From: an uncultured Bacteroidales bacterium
GTDB taxonomy: Bacteria; Bacteroidota; Bacteroidia; Bacteroidales; Paludibacteraceae
Assembly (NCBI GenBank): GCA_945828585.1
Contig: CALZRN010000001.1
Location: forward strand, 1-58,647
Length of the DNA stretch: 58,647 nt
Reading direction: 5' to 3'
Shown: positions 6,908-16,100 of the stretch, piece after piece
How the letters are laid out: every line of letters begins with the position of its first letter
How positions within the stretch are numbered: the first letter of the stretch is position 1
Position numbers and translations under genes: made by a program
Notes under the pieces: generated by a model
What the model was told of the DNA's origin: nothing
Databases searched by the model: none
What the model saw: only the letters and a program-made list of their open reading frames with translations

Positions 6908-7967
6908 CGACTTTGACGATTTTAGGGGTGATATGCGGGGCCTTGCCGGGTTCGAAGAAAAGGACGATGTCGCTGCCGCCGAAGAGGAAAGAGCCTAACT
7001 CAGTGCCCTGAGTTAATTTATGATTTATGATTTCAGATTTATGATTTATGAAAGTCCACCGGACGGAGGAGACTTGCTGGACGCCGACGGCGACAAGGGC
7101 GATTTTGCCGAAAGCGGGTGTGTCCAGGATGAGGACACCACGCGTCTCCAACATCTGAAAATCGGTCATGCCGAGTTGGTCATAGCGATACCTACCCTGC
7201 TCTTCGTCCCAGATAATGACACCTCCGCCGGCATGAATGCCTTCGATGGTCTTACATTCCAGCACCGTTCCGTCGCAAGGCGCATGGAAACGATGGTAGT
7301 CAAAGACATCGAGGACGATATGCGTCGTCTCGCCGCCAGCGAAGCACTCTCGATACGGGCTATCGCCGAGCAAATCCAGCCAGTTAGCGATAGACGCGGT
7401 CTTGACCGGCGCAAAGGCGATTTCGCCGTCGCAAGGGGAGAGGAAATTTCGTAATGACGTAATTACGTTTTCCCGTAATTCCGTCTTCAGCCCTCTGGCA
7501 AAAAAGTCATTCCACGAATGCCAATGGTCGGGCGACTCATAGCGATCGGTATCGAGTTCAAAGCGCGCGTCCGTACGCGCGATATTATAATAAGAGTCGT
7601 TCCAGCTATCCGGTCCGCTGAGCCATTTACCCCAAGCGGTATTATAGGCCTTGAGCCAAGCCGCCACTCGCGGTTCGTACTGAAGAGAGGGATAGATGTA
7701 GCCCTTATCGCGCAGGGCATCCAGCGGTTGGTCCAAAAGAAAATAGAAATAGCCGATATTCTGGTCAATGCGGCGGAAGAAGGAAGCGTCCTCGCCGATG
7801 TCCATCCCTTGCCAGGGCATACAATGCGCGAAACGCTCCACATAGGCGCACCACTCCTCCACCGTCCGCACGGGGTTCGTCTCCCGATGGGGATTGGCGA
7901 TAGCGGCTTGGTCCAGAGATTGCTTCAGGAGACAACGGAGGGATATGTTTTCTATAAAGGGCTGCAT
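6882..7967 (-). CDS. phosphatidylserine-decarboxylase-family pyruvoyl decarboxylase, long form with extra N-terminal domain (PsiD-like architecture)
   Basis: 361 aa with PSD-like motifs WNDFFARGLK, SPCDG and ELGSFLFGGSDIVLFF. The N-terminal extension of about 140 aa is absent from the short housekeeping psd at 45126. Confidence 0.65.
   Translation of the reverse strand: MQPFIENISLRCLLKQSLDQAAIANPHRETNPVRTVEEWCAYVERFAHCMPWQGMDIGEDASFFRRIDQNIGYFYFLLDQPLDALRDKGYIYPSLQYEPRVAAWLKAYNTAWGKWLSGPDSWNDSYYNIARTDARFELDTDRYESPDHWHSWNDFFARGLKTELRENVITSLRNFLSPCDGEIAFAPVKTASIANWLDLLGDSPYRECFAGGETTHIVLDVFDYHRFHAPCDGTVLECKTIEGIHAGGGVIIWDEEQGRYRYDQLGMTDFQMLETRGVLILDTPAFGKIALVAVGVQQVSSVRWTFINHKSEIINHKLTQGTELGSFLFGGSDIVLFFEPGKAPHITPKIVKVGNPLIENR
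7015..7052 (-). repeat. ATCATAAAT-family element, copy 1 (in frame inside PSD-like CDS)
   Basis: The minus strand reads tcataaatcataaatctgaaatcataaatcataaa, translated as INHKSEIINHKL. Confidence 0.9.
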
Positions 7968-7986
7968 ACTAGATGGATTAGATAGA

Positions 7987-9090
7987 CTAGCTCTCTAGTA
8001 ACCATTCGACATATTTGCGGACAAGGGATGCAAAGCGGCGGATAGAGGATTCTTTATAATGGGTAGCGGAGTAGCGGAACCATAGCGACAAATCCTGCGG
8101 ATGCTCATGAATCTCTACATCGAGGAGGGCATAGGCGTATTTGGGCTCATATTCCATATCCGGTACCCGCAGCACATTCACTGCATAATTCCAACGCTTG
8201 TTATACGGCGCAGTCAGCGTATAGGGATAATCGCTATGCGCTATACCCGATCGGATTTGATTACGAGCCTCGCGGATCAAATCCGATTTAGGATTGGAGA
8301 TTTGAGATTTGATATTTTTTATTTGGAAAGGAATATCGCGATGGAGACTACCGAAGATAGGTTGTTCTTCAGGTGTTTCGCGTCCCTCGTATGCCCATGT
8401 AAGCGCCGCATCGTCTGTGCCGCAATACTCCGCTATCGCCAAGGCGGTACAAAGCGAGAAAAGCCCCTCATAAGAGAGGTAATGCGCCTCAGAGAAGGTT
8501 TGTATTTTCTCCTGCAAATCGGAATAATCCGATTTATAGATTCCCGGTTTGGGAGGAAGAAGAGTGAACAACCTTTTCCGATCAGTCGTCGGACGGACAG
8601 GAACGGAGGTATTGGCGAATTCGTTAATCAGCCAATCTTGGCTGATACGATAATGCGGGTCTGTCTTATGCTGCTCAAAACGCGCTACATAGCCCCAGTA
8701 ATTATCCGGTTCCAAGGGTAAACCTTCGTACGCACGGCGGATATCATCTAATAATATCTCTCCGCTCTTCCCATCGCCTAAGATGCGGCTTATCTGTGCT
8801 TGGATTATTAAATCCTCGTCTTTTATCTTCAGGTCTATATCATGATACGGGCCATGGAGTATATCTTTCAGGGGTGATGGATAATGATTGCCCCCTCCAT
8901 CCACACGTATCTGAAAAACAGGATGGTTCGCCAAAGCAGTACGGATAGCTTGCTCTATACGGTTTTGCTCCTTTGCTCCTCCGCGCCACACGTAGGTGAA
9001 CGGAAAGGAGTACACTCCCGGCAGCCACCTCGTCATATCATAGACGAGTTGAGAAAAAGGAAGAAGCGGATAGGTTAAATAATAGCCCAT
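7987..9090 (-). CDS. condensation (C) domain-like protein with substituted active-site motif
   Basis: C1-like PLLPFSQLVYDM and C2-like ALANHPVFQIRV are present. C3 reads SRILGDGKS where HHxxxDG is canonical. Start chosen at MGYYLTYPLL (9090); the ORF is open to 9150. Confidence 0.5.
   Translation of the reverse strand: MGYYLTYPLLPFSQLVYDMTRWLPGVYSFPFTYVWRGGAKEQNRIEQAIRTALANHPVFQIRVDGGGNHYPSPLKDILHGPYHDIDLKIKDEDLIIQAQISRILGDGKSGEILLDDIRRAYEGLPLEPDNYWGYVARFEQHKTDPHYRISQDWLINEFANTSVPVRPTTDRKRLFTLLPPKPGIYKSDYSDLQEKIQTFSEAHYLSYEGLFSLCTALAIAEYCGTDDAALTWAYEGRETPEEQPIFGSLHRDIPFQIKNIKSQISNPKSDLIREARNQIRSGIAHSDYPYTLTAPYNKRWNYAVNVLRVPDMEYEPKYAYALLDVEIHEHPQDLSLWFRYSATHYKESSIRRFASLVRKYVEWLLES
8285..8326. 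repeat. CAAATCTCCAAT-family word repeat inside the C-domain-like CDS
   Basis: gatttaggattggagatttgagatttgatattttttatttgg is read as QIKNIKSQISNPKS. It shares the 12-mer CAAATCTCCAAT with 10430-10464. Confidence 0.8.
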
Positions 9091-9959
9091 ATTATTCCCC
9101 CTGCAATAATGATTAAGAATAAGACTCCGCATAGTTGCGGAGTGAACCAAGGTTTCTCTACTACCACCGGTTCTGCTTCTACCAAATCGCCCACATACCT
9201 CAGCATCGGTTCACCGTTGATTGTTGCGGTCGACCACACCTCCAACAAATCCGTTGGAAAAATGATTTTTTGCTTAGGCGACTGCATCTGCGACAAAGAC
9301 CTGCCTGCTGTTATACGAAATCCCAATAGCGTCCAGGGGTAATTTTCCACATGCTCCTCCGCTATCTCCATTGCTGATTTAGTCCGGTATTTTTCCGACC
9401 AGTTATACTTGATTTGGGCAGGAGAAAGGGCTTTCTCTACATATCGTAGAATAGTATTCGTACAACCGAATTTCAACAGATCCATCTGCATATCATTCTC
9501 CGTCAACATATGATTATCCATCTGCTCCCAGAGACGTTGCTCAGCATCAGCAGGCATATTAATGCGGTATTCATGCACAGCGCGTTTCCACACACGGTAG
9601 TCCTCAACGTACTCGTTAGTCGGTATTGCAAACATACCCATTTTTAGTTTGCCCGTTAGATAATCCCAGAGTTGTCCTTTGATCTTCTCACTCTCGTAAC
9701 TAAAACAATAATCCAAACCGAACGTAGGGCATTGCAGTCGCAGGAACGCATGACCGGTAATGCCGAGATAATCCTGGCTCTGGTCTGTCGGATCAGCAAC
9801 ACAGAGGGATACGAGAACAAAATCCGGGGCGAGGCGGTCGATGGTATCGTTGAAACCCTGCGCGGCATTCCGCTCCGCGACAGAAAGCGAATCCTGTCCC
9901 TTCGCCACAACGGAAAGGGACAGGATAGCCAAGCTGATTATCGTATGCATCCAACGCAT
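9075..9959 (-). CDS. DUF4105 (Lnb N-terminal periplasmic domain)-like protein, signal peptide plus C-terminal TM helix
   Basis: Start chosen at MRWMHTIISLAILSL (signal-like). GHAFLRL motif typical of DUF4105. C-terminal hydrophobic LCGVLFLIIIAGGIIWAII. Overlaps the next gene by 16 nt. Confidence 0.6.
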   Translation of the reverse strand: MRWMHTIISLAILSLSVVAKGQDSLSVAERNAAQGFNDTIDRLAPDFVLVSLCVADPTDQSQDYLGITGHAFLRLQCPTFGLDYCFSYESEKIKGQLWDYLTGKLKMGMFAIPTNEYVEDYRVWKRAVHEYRINMPADAEQRLWEQMDNHMLTENDMQMDLLKFGCTNTILRYVEKALSPAQIKYNWSEKYRTKSAMEIAEEHVENYPWTLLGFRITAGRSLSQMQSPKQKIIFPTDLLEVWSTATINGEPMLRYVGDLVEAEPVVVEKPWFTPQLCGVLFLIIIAGGIIWAII

Positions 9960-10143
9960 GGTAATCTGCTTTGAGAGATTAGTCAATCTCGCTGCTGACA
10001 CGCTCTGGAGCACCCGGGTGAGGAGGCACGGGAATGGATGTAATAGGACTACCATCCAATAAGCATTGGGTCAAATTAACTTGCTGAATCTCCATGAGAG
10101 GAGTGATATATATTTTCTTTTCCATAAAGCCATTTATTTTCGT

Positions 10144-10168
10144 GATTCGTAATTACGGTATTACGAAC
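10144..10168. repeat. CGTAAT/ATTACG word repeat / hairpin just past the stop of the giant gene
   Basis: gattcgtaattacggtattacgaac forms the stem TTCGTAAT/ATTACGAA. Related words occur at 7448-7483 and 51221-51258. Confidence 0.7.
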
Positions 10169-10169
10169 A

Positions 10170-13100
10170 TTATTTAACTAATTGTCCGTCGATGGTGTAA
10201 ACCTTCTCACCACGGATGATGAAGACTTGATTATTGATCAGCACCTTCTTTGTCTCACCTTGCGCATCCACAACCGCTTCATCGATGCCGGTAGCCACTT
10301 GCGGTGCTTTGGCGCTGACGCGCAAACCGTAGTTAGCGGCAGTGCCCTTCTCCAGATGGAGTACATAATCGCTTTCCGTAAGATTCCAGATAGCTTCGCC
10401 ATTGCGAGTCAGATAGAGGGTATAAGCCTCATTTGACATTTGAGATTGGACATTGGAGATTTGGAACTCACCTGCTCTCGGAACATAGATACCCAATGGG
10501 AACTCGGCCACGTTATTGACAGGAGTCATCGTATTCATACATAGTTTCGCATCATAACGATCCACCCACATCTGCGCAACCGTATTGCTTACGCCGAATT
10601 TCACTACATCCTGACCAAGTGTATAGGTATCTGCTTCTTTATCTTCATTCGTATGGATAAAGAGGCGATCCTGCATTCTGCCATAGGAAGCTATCTCCAC
10701 TTGGAATTCTGCTTTTGGAGCCTCGGAAGCCGCATTGCGACGAACAGGAGCCGGTGCCGGAGGAGTGGTAACAGCCGAAGCCGTTCCGTTGTTAGTAGCC
10801 TGCACGAAGATCGGTTTTGCCACAATGAGTTTGGTGCTCAATGCAACCGGTTCGTAACTCTGGGCAGCGGCATTGAAGACTTGTCCTACCGCAGCACCGG
10901 TATTGCTGAGGTACGCATGGAAGATAGCGGGGTTTGCAATACCATTCCAGTTAGCATTTTTCGGTTCATCCGATCCATACATTGAGACGTTGGTTTCTGA
11001 TGTAAGGATCGGTGCTCCTAATTTCTTCGGGAATCGGAGTACGGAAGCGTCGTTCTGGAGATAGAGCATATAGAGACGACCCGGAACGAGCACATCGCCA
11101 TTCGACAGGTATTTCCAACATGCATCTACTTTATCTTGTGCTGCACGCACAGAGCCATCGTAGTAAGCGAGATAATCGCCACTCATCAGAGAGAGTGCAT
11201 TGCCATTAGCGCGGATATCACTTGCCGTTACTTGCCAAGGTACTGCTACCGCGTACCACTTGCCGGCGGTGAATGTACCGGTAAGGTCGTAATAGCAAAC
11301 ACCCGTGACATTAAGATTATTAATATTACCCGTCAACTGACCGGAAACCGTTCCGTTGGAGTGCAGAACCAGCTGGTTCACGGTAGTTTCCTCCGCGATA
11401 TTCTGCGCTTGACCCAAACCAACCTCCATGATCACTTCCGTAGCAGCAAAATGCGCATAATAAGTTGCATTGGCCGTAGCTTTCGGCGTCATATTGTTCT
11501 TATAGAACGTACCAGCACCATTCGGCTCTGTTGTCCAACCATCGAAAGTGAAAGTAGATTGAGCTGTAGCGGGTTTAGTCGGGATAGTGCCTGTATAGAT
11601 AGTCGCGGTGTTCGCTTTCTGACCAACAGGTTCTACCAAGTTGGCAGAACCATCCTCGTTCTTCCATGTGATTGTATAATCCGGGTTTGACACCGTGAAG
11701 TTAGCTACCAGATTGATATCGCCGGTAATAGCCATCTGACGTATTGTATTCGTACCGCCTTGACCATCACTCCAACCGGTAAAAGTATAACCACTATTCG
11801 GTGTGATAGTAATGGTAACGGCATTTTCAGATGCATTATAATCATAAATACCCGCCCCGGAGATTGCACACGCACCAGAAGGATTACTCATTACGGATAC
11901 CGTATATTTGTTGAGAGTTTCATCAAATACTGCCGTATAAGTAGCATCCCCCATCACGGTTTGGATCTGCGGTTCCCATCTAAGAGCATAGGTGTACTGC
12001 GCATCTGCGTCTTTTGTAGGAGTATTAGCACAAATAGGCGTCTCACCGTATTGGTACTGATGGCTCTCGATAATATCTGCCGGATCGTCCGGGCTACCAT
12101 TTTCCTTTATGAATTTGATTGTATAGGTCTTCGCTACTTCGCGATAAACGGCAGTATAGGACTTGACGCTCGTCGCAGAAACTTCTTCCAAAGCAGGCGA
12201 CCAATGGTCAAACTCATACGTAAACTCGTTCGTAGCAGGTTTGCCGCTCGGATTAGCCGGAGCAACCGGCATAGCACCTACAGCTACCATATACGGTTCT
12301 TCACCCGTCGGTTTGAGTTTGGTAGTACCATCATAGTCAAAGAACGTAACAGCATACTCCGTCGGTGGTTCTTCGAGCCATGTAGCACGATAGATAGCAT
12401 CGCCTGTAACCGCTGCGATAGCCGGTTCCCACTCCAAGGTATGACCTACTTTTGTTGGGGTATTCTCGCAGACAGGCACCTCGTTATGGGTAAGGAACTG
12501 ACGCTCAATCTCCACACCACCTTCGTTTTGGAAGATGATGGTGTACATACGCGGTTTCTGAGTGAACGTAGCCGTATAGGTCACATCGGAAGTTACCTTG
12601 CCCAGCGCCGGAGACCAACCTGCGAAGTCGTAGGTATAGTCGATTGTTGCCTCACGCATCGGGTTGGTTCCAAGGAACTCCGCCATTGTGCCATAGGTAA
12701 CGCTATAACTATCTTGAAGTCCTCCATCTGCATCTGCTGTTTTGATAATAGTACCATCATAGTTTTTCCAAGTGATCGTAAAGCGTTTTTCGTCCCAATG
12801 AGCTGGGATCATTACTTCTGGTTCCATTGGATCTGGGGCTTCTTTTTGCCAGTAATAATAAGTATCATTATTGGGGTGGATGCAATGATAGAGGTTGTCC
12901 TTCTTCTCCACCTCCCACCATTGACAGTTCTCTAGGAGGATGAAGAGACGGCCGGCGCCATCTGCATCGGAATAGGTGTGGTCGGCGTTGGGCGTTGTAC
13001 CGTTCGCCACTGCCACATATTCCTGCGGTTTTGCATAATAGGTATCTCCAGTCTCAGCGTTGTGCTGCACCATGAAACATCCTTCATTCGTCATAGTGGA

Positions 13101-16100
13101 CCATTCGTCATTCTGATAGCAATATGCATCGCCTTCCTGAGCAGTGCTCGTATTAGCGTATGCAGGATCGGAAACGCCGTTCTTCAGTTTAGCAGGGAAG
13201 AAAGTCCGTTCCTCGAAGTTACCGCTTCCTTTTACGTTATTTACCGTTCTTTCACCGGCATCTTCTGCCGATTCATTGAATATAAATGTACCGGCATCTT
13301 CATTATTGGAGAAGATGTTCGCGCCATGCTCAGAACAATACACGAATCCTGTTGCAGTCATGAACGAGCCATGTACATTGATTGCAGCATCAGGCGGACA
13401 AGTTTGTTCATCACGCTTGGTTGGACGCCCATTCCATGATGGTGCATAACGCACCACTTTGGTGTAAGCTGTGTTCTTTTGGAAATTCAAACCATCATAC
13501 TCGTTGCAGTAAGCATATTTATCCCAATCCTCCGCATCGTAAACATAGAGTGCACCGGTATGCTCGGTGTCATCCGGATCCATTGCCACCGTAACTGTAG
13601 CCTCTTTATCTACCTCTACCTCTGCTCCTGGTAACAGGCTGGTGTTCTGTTGGAAGTCCATTGATCCTGAAAGGAGGTGTATCTTAAAGTTACACGTAAG
13701 CGGCAAGTCAAATTTAGCTGAATTCAAGCGAATAGGAATGGTTCCAAATTGTAATAAATTGACATCACCCATATCCAATACCATCGAACCAATATGTGCG
13801 GCACTATTGATATCATATACCTGAATATCATTTTCTGCATCATACCATTTGCGCACCCAAGTATTTTCGGCATCCGCCATCTGATCCATCAGGAAGATAG
13901 CCTGATGTTGACCACTCACGCCTACAATAGCAATATCCGTAGCTGCCATGGAAATACTCATGCCCAAGAGGCCTTCCGACACAGCCGCCGAAGTAGAGAG
14001 CACAGCACCCGGGTGATATTTCACCGGAGACTCAATATTCTGGATGAAATACTGGGTTACAGGGAAGATTTTTTTGTCGCTATGATCAGTCACTATATCG
14101 GGCGCCATACCAGTAATTCCGACAGATGTAAATGCTCCCTTCCAGTCGCCTAACTGGAACATCTCACGTACAGTAGCACCACGACGAGCATCCATCTCGC
14201 CCTTACCGGTTACGAATCCCCAAGCACGCACTTCCGAACCGGATTGCAGTGTTAGATGGCTACCTTCATCCAATACCAAATGGCCGTAAGCACCGCAGGG
14301 TTGCGCCGTGTAAGCCTCGTTGCTAGCGTATTGTGAACAGGTCAGTTCTATATGACCAAACACATCCATATGGACGCCCGGCGCAAAGGTCAGACGACGG
14401 AACTCTGTTGGCTGGATAGTGACGTACGGTGTTGATGGTCTCTGGTCGTTAAACACTACACGCGGAGCAGTCATGTTTACTTCTTTCTCCTGAGAGTCAC
14501 TCATCGGAACTACGATGGTCGCATTAGCAGGAAGTGTATAGTAACCGGCAGGCAAGGTGTAGTTGTTGGTCATGAAGATGACGATATTCTGTACATCAGG
14601 ATTGTTATTCGCGAATGCTATAGCATCTTCCAATTTAGCATAAGACACATTGCCTATACGGCAAACGCCTGCACCGTTAGCCACCGCCGACTCGGCAGTA
14701 CCCAAGAAATAGCGATAGCCCTCATTATATTCCACACCGGTGGAGACCAACATTTCCGTCAACCCCTCGGTGTCAATACCGTAGTTGTTATTCGTTTTGA
14801 AATAACCGGAAGTGAAGTTTATCGTGCCGTCTAACGCGCCGTCGAATTTACCGCTCTCTACGATCAACGTTCCGCTCGTTTGTTGAGCAGAATAGGTTCC
14901 ACCCTTGATAGCGGCCAGTTTTTTTGTAGTAGCCTCACCGCCGGTTACTTTCAGACCGCAAGCAGCACCTTCTATCGTACCGCGATTGATAGCCGCCGTA
15001 CCACCGGAAACGGTCACAGCTGTTTCGCCCTTGAACGTACCGCCATTAAGCACAAGCGTTTTGCTCGATGTCAAACCATCGTTGAAAGCTCCTTCGGTAG
15101 TGGTCAGCGAACCGGCATTGGTTGCTGCACCGGTTATGATAGCACCATTCTGCTCTACTGTACCATCTGCTCCGATAGTTAGCGAACCGAACGTACCGCC
15201 GTTGAGGATTGCTTTACCTCCATTCACAGCCAGCGAAGTAGCCTTTCCTCCAAACTTACTATAGGCGAAAGTCACCTTGCCGCTTGAAACAGTGATAGTC
15301 TGAGTTTCATTACCATTCAAATCCAGCGTGAAGTTCTTGCCGGCGAAAGTAAGATCATCATCCACAGGCTTGTTAAGTTTAATAATAGGATCTGAGTAGC
15401 CCCTGATATCCGTTCCTAAGATTTCAGACAGAGTACCACTTGTCGGACTTGCATCTTCTTTACCTTCTAACAAGAAAGCCGCCGGACGCTCCGGATCCAA
15501 AGCGTTCACTGACAGATTGATATTCAATGACGAAGGACTTACGCCCGCCATGCGGATAGTCATAACGGAATTTTTCAGCCCAACACCGGTATTCTTGTAC
15601 GTATAGGTAACAGGAATAGTGATTCTTGTTTTTTGTGCCGAAACAACCTCTTTAGAAGCCAAAGCCGTTTCCAAATCGTATGCCCATTCATTGCCGTCGT
15701 TATTGGTAAAAGCAAAAGTGCCAAAATCCGCTGCATCCAGCGAAGCGGCATCACCGTTTACTTCGACAGTAACTGTTAGATGGGCTTGCTTGTTCTCCTC
15801 CGCTTCCAAACCGGCACTGGTTGCCACCGAATTTCCCAAGAGATACTTGTTAAACACCGCATAGAGATTATTTGGATTGGTCCCAACAGATGCCGCCAAA
15901 GCTGCAAGTGCTGCACCTCCGTCAATAGGAGGGTAAAGTGTGCTGTTCCCTTTATCCGGAAGCACTTTAAAGCAGGGAGTTTTGTATTCTATATCGCTTC
16001 CATTTCCCATCGGGTCAGCAGGACTCATAGAGCTTGTCATACGTGTGATTGCAAGATCGTTAAACGTCCATTCCGCAAGATAGGAACCAACAGCAGGCTC

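Noticed and set aside
9091-10055. Longer N-terminal extensions of the C-domain-like ORF (to 9150) and the DUF4105 ORF (to 10055)
   Set aside because: The extensions lack family-like sequence. Internal ATGs give a conserved-looking N-terminus (MGYYLTYPLL) and a proper signal peptide (MRWMHTIISLAILSL). The exact starts remain unverified.
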